The position numbers and the translations under genes were made by a program. DNA of 64,000 nucleotides. Origin: an uncultured Acidobacteriota bacterium (GTDB lineage Bacteria > Acidobacteriota > UBA6911 > RPQK01 > JAPXNP01). A model generated the notes under the pieces. The model saw only the letters and a list, made by a program, of their open reading frames with translations, did not search any database and was not told the origin of the DNA. Shown here piece after piece: positions 1 through 10,362 of the stretch. Positions within the stretch are counted from its first letter, which is position 1. Each line of letters begins with the position of its first letter. Where the stretch lies: the NCBI GenBank assembly GCA_963777605.1, contig CAVZRV010000031.1, positions 224,001-288,000 of the forward strand, written 5' to 3'.

Positions 1-684
1 GTCGTACTCGATCCGAAGAGTCCGAAGAACGGACGGACTCTCTATGCGGCGCTTTTCGAAGCCGGCGTATACAAGTCAATTGACGACGGCAAGACGTGGA
101 CGAAAAAATCCGAAGGGCTGGGCGCCCCCGGAAAGAACCTCCGCGCCTGCCGGCTGATTCTGCATTCGGACGGGACGCTCTTCTGCCTGGTCACCGCCCT
201 GCGCAAGGATGACCAGTTCCAACCCGAGGGCCCGGGGTTGTACGCCTCGAAGGACGGTGCAGAATCCTGGAATCTCCTGAATGGGTCTCAGCCCCTGTTG
301 TGGCCGAAGGACTATGATGTGGATCCGCGCGACAGCAACGTCATATACCTGGGCGCTGCCGATGCCAATGAAAAGCAGGAGGGCGGGCTGTACAAGACCA
401 CTGACGGCGGCCTCACCTGGAACCGCATCGCCCGAGAGGGACCGGAGACCTTTGGGGCCACCGTGCACCCGAAGCGGCCCGACTGGGTCTACATGAGTCT
501 CACGGAAAGCGCCCCGGGTTCCGGCCTCTGGCTGAGCAAAGATGCCGGAAGGACCTGGAAACCATTTGAGGGTATTCCGTTCCACAACATCCAGCGGATC
601 TCTTTCGACGAGACCGACGAGTCAACAATCTATGTCAACACTTTTGGCGGGAGCATATGGAAAGGACCCGCCGAGGAACCCTGA
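1..684 (+). CDS. BNR/Asp-box repeat beta-propeller protein (VPS10/sialidase-like), 5' partial
   Basis: Frame 1 is open from base 1 (VVLDPKSPKNGRTLYAALFEAGVYKSIDDGKTW...) into ORF 238..684. Repeated S/T-x-D-G-x-x-W Asp boxes (SIDDGKTW, SKDGAESW, TTDGGLTW, SKDAGRTW). Confidence 0.8.
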   Translation, partial: VVLDPKSPKNGRTLYAALFEAGVYKSIDDGKTWTKKSEGLGAPGKNLRACRLILHSDGTLFCLVTALRKDDQFQPEGPGLYASKDGAESWNLLNGSQPLLWPKDYDVDPRDSNVIYLGAADANEKQEGGLYKTTDGGLTWNRIAREGPETFGATVHPKRPDWVYMSLTESAPGSGLWLSKDAGRTWKPFEGIPFHNIQRISFDETDESTIYVNTFGGSIWKGPAEEP

Positions 685-786
685 CAACGGTCCGGCAGAG
701 AGACAGCCGTCTTGCGGCTTATCCAGCTCATGACTCTTATCTTCTTCAGGCAGGTGAGAGGCCGACCCGAAGATTTCTTATCGACC

Positions 787-1876
787 CTAGAAGACTCCAG
801 CCTTCTTGAGGCCGGGCAAAATATCGTAAGTGAGGATCATGTCAAGGCGAAAACCGTTGGTGTCGCGAAACTCATTGGAGAATCCATTCTGGACGAAGAC
901 CTGAGTGCCGAAACCTTGAGGAAGTGAGATCTTCGTCACTGCGAAAACCCGGTTCCCTTTCTTGAATCGGTCGCCGTTCAACCCTCCATACGAGGTGTCG
1001 ATGCTTGCGACTCCTCCCCCGAATGAGAACCGTCTGTGGAGCTTCTTATCGAACTGGAATGCGAACCCGTAAGCTTTCACTCCCTCCACCCGCTGGTAGT
1101 TCTCAAAGCGAATCGAGTCTGCCACCTTGAGTTGGGGAACCTCGAACTTAATCGCTTGTCGCAGCGTCGAAATCCCCCATTGCGACGTATAATCCCCTGA
1201 AATCACCGCTCGCTGACCGATCTTCTTACCGAGGAGAAAGTGGTAGTAGTTCACCTCGTCGATCCGATCGAATCGATTGAAGACGTTCGGGTCCTTGAGA
1301 TCACCCAAGAACGCCATCGTTCCAGTGATTTCGTCAAAGAAGAGAGTGTCAGGATTCTTCATTGAGACCCTGGTTCCAACGAGAAAACCATCGTTGTCAT
1401 AGGTGGTGATCTCGGTTGAGGCGCCTCTCACAGGGGAAATGCCTCCCCACTGAAATTCGAAACCATCAGTCGGCTTCAACCCGACGTAAAGCTGGCGGAC
1501 ATTGAAGTTCCAGCTTGCACTATTGTCCGATCCCGTCCCAACTCCCGGTAAAGCCGGTCCCGGATCCAAGGACGCTATTGACGGTGAATCTACCCTCGGA
1601 GTCGGCGCGGAACTGTAGATTGAACCACTCCTTGTGCTGTTGCTGATTACTGAGCGTGTCTCCCTGATCACTCTCCACGTACTGATAGCGTGTGTAGAGC
1701 GTCCCGGTCTGAAGATCGAACCAGCGGTGTCGAGGACCCTCGTCGTTTGTCCTGGTGGTGGTTGAAGCGCCGACAGGTGCCGACTCAGAATCGGCCTCGG
1801 CGTACAGGGGAAAAGTGCCGAATACAAACACGAGCAATAGAATCAAACTGGTGTGCCAGCGCTCTCTCATCTTCAC
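787..1876 (-). CDS. Putative outer-membrane beta-barrel protein, split by one frameshift near 1530
   Basis: ORF 1520..1876 has a signal peptide (LILLLVFVFGTFPLYA). ORF 787..1827 C-terminal part has alternating amphipathic beta-strands (FNVRQLYVGLK, YGFAFQFDKK, GFRLDMILTY). Confidence 0.6.
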
Positions 1877-2183
1877 CGTCCTCCAAGATTCCGACTGCCC
1901 AATTCTTGACGTTAGCGGAAAGGTAGGCTCGATTATCCTTCCTCATGTCTGAATCGACACGACGAAGACGCGACTGCATGACATTTGTTCCTATGTTCGC
2001 TGTAAGATTTTTCTGTAGGGTTGCCTCACGCTCCTGGATATCAGGGCTCTTGGTGATCTGAGGCGGTAGTATCCGGGACACACCTTGTCCGCCGGCATCC
2101 GGTTACGCTGCAGTTGACTCTCGGGGTTCCGGGAATCCTGGTCCCATTTCACCTCAGCAAAATGAAATTCCGAGGCCAACTCG

Positions 2184-4181
2184 TTAGTGAATCGTGAACT
2201 CCTTGCGAAAGGTCTTTCTCGAATCGCCTTTCTGAACGTCCACCCAGAGCACCCGGTCAGACCACGAAAAGCCGACCTTCTTTACGAACTGGCCGGTGGC
2301 CGGGTCGACGGGAACTTCTTCGCCACCGACTCGCACCGTCGTCCCCGGCTCGACAAAGCCGTACACCTTGGTGGTGGCCGGACCCGTGTCCAGGACCGTA
2401 TTGGGAGATGGATCGGTTCCCAGCAGAACCAGCGGCTCCTCTCGGATCTTTGTCAGTTCGGCGGCCAGGAATCTCCTGACGGCGTAGAAGATCTCCGGAT
2501 CTGTGGTGTAATCGGTCAGGCTCCCGACCAGCCGGCCGCAGATCTCGCGGCTGGCGGTTTTCGGAGAGAACTGATCCGGGCTGACGTTGAGCCGACTCAT
2601 GATCTCTCGGGTCCTCTCCTCGAGCAGCCAGAGATACTCGTAGTCTTCCATTCCCTCCCGCAGCATCTCCCACCGCATCGAACTCATCGGTCCATTCTTG
2701 CCCGGGTAAATGATGTGCGAGTCGCCCGGAGGAAACCGGGGAGCAGGACCGAAAGGATCGTTCCAGCCGTAAGTGAGGCCCCAGTGCAGAAATCCTTCCG
2801 TGCCTGTGAAGTAGTTCATCCAGTGGAGAATCCGGGTCTTGCTCAGGTGATAGTCGAGGAAGCGGTTGGCATAGCGGCCCCAAGGGGCGCAGCAGGTATA
2901 GAACCAGAGCTCCGTACCGCGATCCTGAGCCGCCTTGAAATCGTCGAACCAGGTGTGAACATCCCGGGTGAGCGGAACCATGATATCGAGAGAGTCTTCG
3001 TAGCCAGTCGCTCCGATCGCATCAATCGTCTCGACACCCGGCATGTGTTCGCGAACGAATTTCGCGACGGCCTTCCACTGGCCCATGTTGTGAAAAGAGG
3101 GTTCGTCCGCCACGTGAACAATCGCGCGGTCGAGCCAGCCCCGTTCTCCGAGGTGCCTGTGGAGGTCACTGAGCAAGCCGGCCATCCCCTCATTTTCCGG
3201 GAGAGAAACCCGTTCTCCGCTCGCCCTGTCGACCGGCTTCACGTCATAAATGAGGATCTCGTTTCCTTGTAGTCCCTCCTCCCCATGATGGGCAACATGC
3301 TGGATTTCGATTCTCTCCGCTGTGCCTGCCTCAATGAAGGTCTCGACAAAACGATCGAAATCGGAGTAGTCGTACGTCAGCCTGCCGTCGGCTTCCCGGA
3401 AGATCTTGATCAGGCGCCACGGGGTATAGATCACATTCTGATGATGTTCCGCAAAGTCTCGAGCATAACGACTGAGTATTTCCCAATATTCGTCCGAGAG
3501 AAGTTCCACACCATGCGCTTGGGCGATGTGGTTGCCCTGAAACCAGTTCGTCAGGTAGAGGTGGCGTTCGTCCGGAAGCTCAAAGGGAAAGACGGTCAGT
3601 TCAATCGGAAGATCGACATTTCCCGACGAGGTCTGGACTCCGATGGTGCCCCGATACAAACCTGGCGGTGTCCCTTTGGGAACGCGAGCGGTGATCCAGA
3701 CCGGCTGGGACGTGTCCGCAGGCACAGTGACCGACGTTTCCTCGAGAAGAGGGTCAGGACAGTCAAACGGAGCCAGCCTCAGGAGTTCTCCCGGAGGGAT
3801 ATCGAGATGCTCTCCGCACTCTGCCTCGGTGGTGTTTCGTTCGACCGGAACGTAGCCGACAAATCGCCACTCCAGATTGGCTGCCGCAATTCGAGCTTCT
3901 CCTGACGCGTGAGAGAGTTCCGACACTGTGACCGAGACATTTCGAAGTTCCCGGTCAGAGCGGATCACGAACTGACCCGATTCGAATTCATTTGCTGCAC
4001 TTTCCAGCGTGAGTACCGGTTCCCCGTCAGAAATCAGCCTCGTGTCGTGGAAAATCTTATCGAGCGGGCTCACGACGGAAACCTGTATCTCGCTCTGCGC
4101 GAAAAGACTCGCACCACTTCCGAGGATCAAGCCCGTCACCAAGACTGTCTGCTTCACTAGTTGGTTGATCTCACACTTCAT
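2184..4181 (-). CDS. Secreted glycoside hydrolase family 123-like / DUF4091 domain protein
   Basis: Signal peptide after MKCEINQ. Motifs NEFESGQ, ADEP, LWFYTCC, GFLHWG, PPGDSHIIYPG and SSMRWEMLREGMEDYEYL are typical of DUF4091/GH123-like proteins. Confidence 0.8.
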   Translation of the reverse strand: MKCEINQLVKQTVLVTGLILGSGASLFAQSEIQVSVVSPLDKIFHDTRLISDGEPVLTLESAANEFESGQFVIRSDRELRNVSVTVSELSHASGEARIAAANLEWRFVGYVPVERNTTEAECGEHLDIPPGELLRLAPFDCPDPLLEETSVTVPADTSQPVWITARVPKGTPPGLYRGTIGVQTSSGNVDLPIELTVFPFELPDERHLYLTNWFQGNHIAQAHGVELLSDEYWEILSRYARDFAEHHQNVIYTPWRLIKIFREADGRLTYDYSDFDRFVETFIEAGTAERIEIQHVAHHGEEGLQGNEILIYDVKPVDRASGERVSLPENEGMAGLLSDLHRHLGERGWLDRAIVHVADEPSFHNMGQWKAVAKFVREHMPGVETIDAIGATGYEDSLDIMVPLTRDVHTWFDDFKAAQDRGTELWFYTCCAPWGRYANRFLDYHLSKTRILHWMNYFTGTEGFLHWGLTYGWNDPFGPAPRFPPGDSHIIYPGKNGPMSSMRWEMLREGMEDYEYLWLLEERTREIMSRLNVSPDQFSPKTASREICGRLVGSLTDYTTDPEIFYAVRRFLAAELTKIREEPLVLLGTDPSPNTVLDTGPATTKVYGFVEPGTTVRVGGEEVPVDPATGQFVKKVGFSWSDRVLWVDVQKGDSRKTFRKEFTIH

Positions 4182-4447
4182 CTGTGTCCTCCCAGCCTGC
4201 CCTGCTTCCTCGCCCGGATCTGTCAATTGAGAAAACCCGGACCATTCTCGATCGTTCTTCTTGTATGGCAACCACGCCAGATATGCAAGGGGAGACTTGG
4301 CCGTCCGCGGACGAGAGCGGACGGCAAGTTTATCGAGAAGTCCGGCAGTTCTCCAGGCAGCTGAAGTGGACTCCGGGGCGTCTCGATCCGGTTCCTGCCG
4401 GTTTTCGATTCTCGCTTACACCGCTTCTGAGGCAGAATAGATGGACT

Positions 4448-6205
4448 ATGTCGCGTTGGATTGGTTTCGTTTGCATTGTTGCTGTAGTGGCGGGTTGCGG
4501 CGGTGGGCGGGCGTGGGCGGCGGAGGGGCCGCAGAGCGTTCAGGAGCGGCTCGCCTGGTTCAAGCATGACAAGTTCGGAATGTTCATCCACTGGGGGCCG
4601 TATTCGGCCCTGGCGGGCGAGTGGAACGGCCGCCGCGTGGAGGTCGGCGACATCGCCGAATGGATCATGGAGCGTCTCCGGATTCCGGTCGCCGAGTATC
4701 GCGAGATGGCGCGGGACTTCAACCCGGTCGAGTTCGACGCTCAAAGCATCGTAAAACTCGCGAAAGAAACGGGAATGAAGTACCTGGTGTTCACCTCGAA
4801 GCACCACGACGGCTTCGCGATGTACCACTCCAGGGTCAGCGGATACAACATCGTGGACTGGACAAAGTTCGGCCGGGATCCTCTGCGGGAGCTGGCGGAT
4901 GAGTGCCACCGGCAGGGTATCCGGTTCGGGATCTACTATTCCCATCGCGAAGACTGGAACGAGCCCTTCGCCTACGGCAACACCTGGGACTTCGACTTCG
5001 ACCCGGAGCAGGACCTGGGAACGTTCGAAAAGAAATACCTCGAGGTGAAGGCCAAACCGCAACTGCGGGAGATTCTCAGCAACTACGGCGAGATTTCCCT
5101 GCTCTGGTTCGACCGCGGCATCTACACGCCGGAAGAGGCCAAGCAGTTCTCGGACATCGTCCACGAGCTCCAGCCGAAAGCGATCATCAACGGTCGGATC
5201 GGCAGCTACGGCCAGGAGCTGCTGGGCGACTACCAGAACACGGACGACAACGGGATGCCTCCGGGCGGCATCGAGGAGTACTGGGAGACGCCACAGACGC
5301 TCAACCACACCTGGGGCTACAGCAAGTTCGACACCGAGTGGAAAAGCCCCGCGGAAGTGGTGCGCCGGCTGGTCGACATCGTGAGCAAGGGCGGCAACTA
5401 CCTGCTGAATATCGGCCCGGACGGGATGGGCCGCGTGCCGCAGGCGTCTGTCGATGTCCTCACGCGGGTTGGGAGATGGATGCGGGCCAACGGGGAGAGC
5501 GTCTACGGGACTACGGCGAGCCCGTTCGGCCAGATCCCCTGGGGCACCTGCACGGTGAAGGGGGAGCGGCTCTACCTGCATGTATTTGACTGGCCCGCCG
5601 ACGGCAGGCTCACGCTCGAGGGGCTTCGCAGCGAGGTGCTTGGGGTCCGGCTGGCTCCGAAAGAGGGTGGAATGCTGCCGTTTGAGCAGAACGGGAGTAC
5701 GGTTGTCGTTACGGTTCCGGATGAGGCTCCGGATGAGCTGGACAGTGTGGTGGAGATGGAAATCCGCGGGGTTCCCGAGGTCGATCCAGCCATGGTGACT
5801 CAGGGCAACGATGGTGCTTTCCGTCTCGACTACATGACGGCCGTGACGAGCGGACGCGCAGTGAAACGGTTCAACCGCGTCGGGAAGTTTCACATTTCGA
5901 AGTGGAAGGGCCCGGAGGACAAGATCACTTGGCACGTAGAGATTACGAATCCAGGGGAGTTCGAAGTGAAGATCACTTACGCCGCCATGAAGGAGCGGGC
6001 CGGAGCTCCGTATGTAATCAAATCGGGTAACGCTGAAGTGATTGGCACGGTGGAGACTACGGGAGACTGGTACGAATACAAAACTTTTTCGTTGGGAACC
6101 CTGGAATTGCCGAAGGCAGGCGCCCAGACGATCGAGATCCGCCCGCGGCACGAACTCCCTGAAGACATGATGTATTTCAAGGAAATCGAGCTGCGGCCAA
6201 TGTAG
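4448..6205 (+). CDS. Alpha-L-fucosidase (GH29) with C-terminal carbohydrate-binding-like domain
   Basis: KFGMFIHWG, TSKHHDGF, LLWFD, WETPQTLNHTWGY, SKGGNYLLNIGP. Signal peptide MSRWIGFVCIVAVVAGCG. Confidence 0.93.
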   Translation: MSRWIGFVCIVAVVAGCGGGRAWAAEGPQSVQERLAWFKHDKFGMFIHWGPYSALAGEWNGRRVEVGDIAEWIMERLRIPVAEYREMARDFNPVEFDAQSIVKLAKETGMKYLVFTSKHHDGFAMYHSRVSGYNIVDWTKFGRDPLRELADECHRQGIRFGIYYSHREDWNEPFAYGNTWDFDFDPEQDLGTFEKKYLEVKAKPQLREILSNYGEISLLWFDRGIYTPEEAKQFSDIVHELQPKAIINGRIGSYGQELLGDYQNTDDNGMPPGGIEEYWETPQTLNHTWGYSKFDTEWKSPAEVVRRLVDIVSKGGNYLLNIGPDGMGRVPQASVDVLTRVGRWMRANGESVYGTTASPFGQIPWGTCTVKGERLYLHVFDWPADGRLTLEGLRSEVLGVRLAPKEGGMLPFEQNGSTVVVTVPDEAPDELDSVVEMEIRGVPEVDPAMVTQGNDGAFRLDYMTAVTSGRAVKRFNRVGKFHISKWKGPEDKITWHVEITNPGEFEVKITYAAMKERAGAPYVIKSGNAEVIGTVETTGDWYEYKTFSLGTLELPKAGAQTIEIRPRHELPEDMMYFKEIELRPM

Positions 6206-6240
6206 TCCTAACGGGCAATCCTTCGCAGATCGGCAGTGAG

Positions 6241-6522
6241 TTCAAGCGAGCCCCGCCCTTCCACGTTGCCGGGATCATTCTCAAAATGAAACCGGTGAAG
6301 CATTGCCAGATAAGCGCGCCAACCGCGCAGAGTCATTTTCAGCCCGGCGGCAACGCCCCGGGAATGGGGCCGAGGCGGCATTGCAGAACTGAAAGTGCGC
6401 TTCAGTCCCAGTGGCTGACTGTTTCGGGTCAAACCGAAAATTGAAGATCCTGGATTGACCCCTTTTCGCTTCCGCCGGGCAAGCTGCCCGGGCGACATAC
6501 CAGGCACGGCTGCCTAGATTAC
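6241..6522 (+). repeat. Dispersed ~280-bp intergenic repeat, type A, copy 1 (homologous to 60884-61166)
   Basis: Colinear shared blocks with 60884-61166: ggatcattc..tgaaac.ggt, gcgcgccaac.gcgcag.gtcattt.cagcccggcggcaacgccccgggaat, ctgaaagtgcg.ttcagtccc, atcctggattga, cttccgccgggcaagctgcccgg, tgcct.gattac. Confidence 0.9.
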
Positions 6523-6692
6523 AGGGCTCCGGGAAGCGCTTGAAGGAGGTTCCTCAGCGGTGTTCTTTATCCCAGCCTACTCCAGTCGGCAGAAAACCTC
6601 GACCGTGGTTTCGACGATACCGAGACTGAACGGTTCCTTGTGGCATTGCCTCTATAGTATTGCGGGCGTTGGCATAACGCGGAGGAGGTCCT

Positions 6693-8400
6693 GTGCAGTC
6701 CAAAGGCATCACTCTGGCGAGTCTTTCTCGCGTTCTGGGATTTGCAGCTCTCCTTGTCCTCCCTTCGGGAACGCTTCGGTCCGAGGGGACGGATTGGAAT
6801 CCTCAGCCTCGAGTTGAAGAAGGACTGGAACAGCGGGCCTCTTTATTGGGAATTCCGACGAGCCGGTTGGCTAAGGCCCGAGAAGCCCTGGTCCAGGCGA
6901 CCCGTGTCCAACTCCCGGACCTGCTCGAGAATGAAATGTACGATCCCCAAGCCCTGCTTCGGGAGTGGGAGCGGCTGCATCCTCAGGCGATCAACTCGGT
7001 GATCAGTCTCAGGGGCGCGCAGTTGACCGACACCCGGGACTCCGAAACGGTTGCCAAAGAGCTGGTCCCTCTTTTCGCGGAAATGGTCGAGACCGATCCG
7101 ATCCGGCTTCGTCAGCTGCTGACAGGCTCGATTCTTCAATCCCGTCGAACGAGACGCCCTGCTCAATCGGATCATCCAGCACAGGTTGAAGACGCGGGCG
7201 GTGGGAGGGTTCTGCAGACGCTGACCAGATCATCGATATGCTGGACGAAGTTCAACGGGAGTACCCCGAATTCCGGATGATCTTCGAGATGAGGGGGCTT
7301 CTGGTCAGACAACTCTGGCTCGAGAACCGGGTCGCCGAAGCCCGCCAAGTCGCTGGAAGACATCCCGCAAGATTTCAAGAGATGTGTCCCCATCACGCCC
7401 TGGTTAATCGAAGACTTCGGGCAGGGAATTCGCTGGATCGGGCGGTTGACTCCAGACGTCTTTTTGACGGGATTCGATCTATTAGACGAGGCGCTGAAGC
7501 ATTCAGTCGAAGCGCAGAATCAATATGAACTGCTTGCGAAAGACGGCATCGGCTCCGTCTCCGTCAGTTGGGCTGACCAGGTACGGCTCAAGACTGTGCC
7601 GGGGCTTCGCCCGATCAGAACCGGCATGGGAGCAGCTCCTGGCCGGCCGACCCGAGTTGAGAGAACTGGTCGAGCGGGTCAATCTCAGAGGCCGCCAGCT
7701 CGTACTACCTCCGGTTCCCTTTGCTTTGCCCGAGATCAGGAGTCCCAGGACGCAGGGGAACAGCTGGTCTCCGAGCTGCTGGATCGCTCCTCCCGGGCCG
7801 TTCGCGGCTTTCGCGGTTCGTCCTACATGATGCAATCCTCGATGACCGGAACGACGCCGGGTTTTGGACCGGGGCTGCCCAACGAATTCGGCCGCGCAAC
7901 GCCGGCGCCAAGCTGGCGTTCGACCCGGTCCCGCCTGGCACGAGAGTTGGGAACGCTGGAGAAATTCGATCTGCTCTTCCGCTACTCGAGTTCGAGAGCC
8001 CTCCCCGACAAGTGCCGGCGGGAGGCACTGAAAATCTCCTACAAACTCTTGGACGAAGCCACGGACCCGCTCCTGCGGGCTCGCCTTCTGACCGGGATCC
8101 TTCCGCTGGAGCGCCGGTTCGGGGAGAAAGACGTCGCGGCCGGCCATCTCGCGGAAGCCAGGAAACTGCTGGCCCAACTGCGAAAGTCTCCGACCGTCGA
8201 ATGCCGGCGGAGCCGGTCCGGACGGAGTCCGAATGGCGATCGATACGTTCGAGCGGGTGGTCGTCGCCGAATGGGCGTGGGTCGATTATCCGGGCGCAGC
8301 GTCATACGCGGCGAAGCTCAGCGGTTTCAACCGGTTCGCTGCCTTTCTGGAGATCGCGCGTCTGCTCTCGCTGTCGCCGTATTATCGCAACTGGCCGTTC
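6693..8400 (+). CDS. Hypothetical secreted helical protein, fragmented by several frameshifts
   Basis: RBS GGAGGAGG before GTG 6693 and a signal peptide (LSRVLGFAALLVLPSG). Successive overlapping ORFs 6693..7280, 7238..7528, 7525..7830 and 7446..8492 each carry protein-like helical segments. End coordinate is approximate. Confidence 0.45.
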
Positions 8401-8413
8401 AGTCCTTAGTGCT

Positions 8414-9412
8414 TCAGGCTCGCCAGGGGCGGGTTCGATTCAGGTCTGACGCGAGCACCGTTTTGACCGTCTCGACATTCCTGGGCACGTGAAAGTCGAA
8501 CATGCCGACACAGAGGAAGTCGGCGCCCCCTTCGAAGGCAAAACGGAAGGCCCGCTTCGGGTCCAGGGCTCCCGCCGCCAGCACTTTGAAGGCGACCCAG
8601 GGCACTTCGCTTTGGGCCATGACGTGTCGAGTTTCCTCCGGCTTGATGCACCAGATGTTGTCGTGATCGTGCCCGCTCCCGCTGTCTACGTTGAACTCGA
8701 CCCTCTGGTCCCTCGGAGTAGCGGAGAAATAGTCGTCTGAGTGATAGGTCTTCATGAAGAAATCGGGACGAATCCCCGCCTTCAGCACCGCCTTGGTCGT
8801 CTCGATGGAGTGACTTCCAATCCCCGAAGGAAGACCAGATTCCTGCATAGCTTCCAGGACTTCCCCCAGTTCTTCGACGGCGCCGCGTGAAACGAACGAA
8901 TCTCCGATCCCGCCCTGCACGTAGAGGGCATTGGGCTCGTTATCGAGAACTTCGTTCAGGTTGGCCTTCATGTCGGCGAGGGAGCATTCGCGGTAGGGCT
9001 TGGATGGATGAATCTCGGAGAGCCACTGGATCCTGCCGCCCCGTTCTTTGCGGTATTGCTTCATGAGGCGAACCGGCCTTTCAAACGGATCCGACAGGAC
9101 AGTATTGACGCCCAGTTCTTCACACCGCTGCCAAGTGTCGAGGACCCGGTCGTCGGTTTGATAGGACCGCATCAGTTCGGGCAGGTAGCGCAGGTCCCTC
9201 CCGTGAGCGTAACCACTGACCTGGTTACAGCCGATAAAGAGCCGGCTGACCCGGAGATTCCCCAGACGCCCCAGCGGCATTCCCTTCTCGGAAGCCTCCG
9301 GCATCACCACCGCAGGAGACGCCTGGGCAACACTGCGGCTGACTTCGACCGCAGCTGCGGTTCCCAACGCGGAATGCTTAAGAAAGTCCCGACGATTCTG
9401 ATGGTTCGTCAT
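8414..9412 (-). CDS. Tat-exported aldo/keto-reductase-like TIM-barrel protein
   Basis: MTNHQNRRDFLK Tat motif. SRLFIGCNQVSGYAH, FFMKTYH, AFKVLAAGA, GADFLCVGMFDF. Paralogous to the C-terminal domain of 10363..11877. Confidence 0.75.
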   Translation of the reverse strand: MTNHQNRRDFLKHSALGTAAAVEVSRSVAQASPAVVMPEASEKGMPLGRLGNLRVSRLFIGCNQVSGYAHGRDLRYLPELMRSYQTDDRVLDTWQRCEELGVNTVLSDPFERPVRLMKQYRKERGGRIQWLSEIHPSKPYRECSLADMKANLNEVLDNEPNALYVQGGIGDSFVSRGAVEELGEVLEAMQESGLPSGIGSHSIETTKAVLKAGIRPDFFMKTYHSDDYFSATPRDQRVEFNVDSGSGHDHDNIWCIKPEETRHVMAQSEVPWVAFKVLAAGALDPKRAFRFAFEGGADFLCVGMFDFHVPRNVETVKTVLASDLNRTRPWRA

Positions 9413-9481
9413 GGAATTGCCCTCCTGGGTCCTTAGGTTAGCAGCACGACATTCATTTGAACATCCTTTAAGAAGCAGCAC

Positions 9482-10163
9482 TCATGGAATCGGCGTGTCT
9501 GCGATGCGCCACAGGTAGAGGGACGCAATTGAGCGATACGGCTTCCAGCGCTCACTCTGGTTCGAAATCGCCTCTCTGACTGGTGCACGGGAAAGACCGT
9601 AAACCCGCCGAAACCCCCGGTGTATTCCGACGTCACTCAGCGGCATGACGTTCATCCGGCCCAGGAAGAAGATCAGGAACATGTCCGTCGTCCATTCACC
9701 GATTCCCTTGAACTTGAGAAGACAGGCCCGGACCTCCTCGTCAGGCATCTCTCTGAGTTCACCGACGCCGGGCAGGGTTCCGTTGACAGCCTCCGCGGCG
9801 AGGGCCCTGATAGCCCGGGTCTTCGCGGAGGAAACGCCGGATACGTCTGAACTGGGACTCTGCGATCCCGAGGGACTCCTCCGGCGATATGACTTCCCCA
9901 GGATACAGAGTGACGACCCTGCGAAAGATCGTCGAGGCTGCCTTTCCCGACAACTGCTGGCCGATCACCGACCTGACCAGGCTCTGAAACGGCGTCATGA
10001 CGCCACTCTTGGGAACCAACTCCAGGACGCCAATATGACGGATGTGCTGTCCAAGCCTGCTGTCCGAGTTGCACAAGTGCTCGAATGCCCGCCCGGCAAG
10101 CGAATCCGGGTATTCCGTGCCCCGGTCACTTTCGCGGAGAGGGGATCCGGGCGAAGGGTTCAT
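9482..10163 (-). CDS. alkA: DNA-3-methyladenine glycosylase II (AlkA, HhH-GPD family), frameshifted near 9760-9850
   Basis: N-part PFQSLVRSVIGQQLSGKAASTIFRR. C-part LLKFKGIGEWTTDMFLIFFLGRMNVMPLSDVGI and WKPYRSIASLYLWR. Confidence 0.85.
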
Positions 10164-10362
10164 CGAGAGAAAATACCGGGTTCCTCTGACTCGAAACTTC
10201 GGTTTGGATGAACTGGAAGGCCTGGGAGGATTTGAGGACGTCTGGCGGAAATCGAGGCCACGGACCGTCGAATCGTCAACGGCACCGGATTTTTCACATC
10301 TGCCGCGATCGTGCTTCGAGTTCTTCGTGGACACACTCCAGCCCACGCACTACACTTTGGGG

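Noticed and set aside
1960-2170. Riboswitch upstream of the beta-barrel gene
   Set aside because: No recognisable riboswitch consensus by eye; would need an Rfam scan.
4223-6151. 642-aa antisense ORF, and similar long antisense ORFs (2187..3272, 10999..12006, 48681..50216, 56623..57831)
   Set aside because: Shadow ORFs of GC3-rich genes on the opposite strand, with no motifs.
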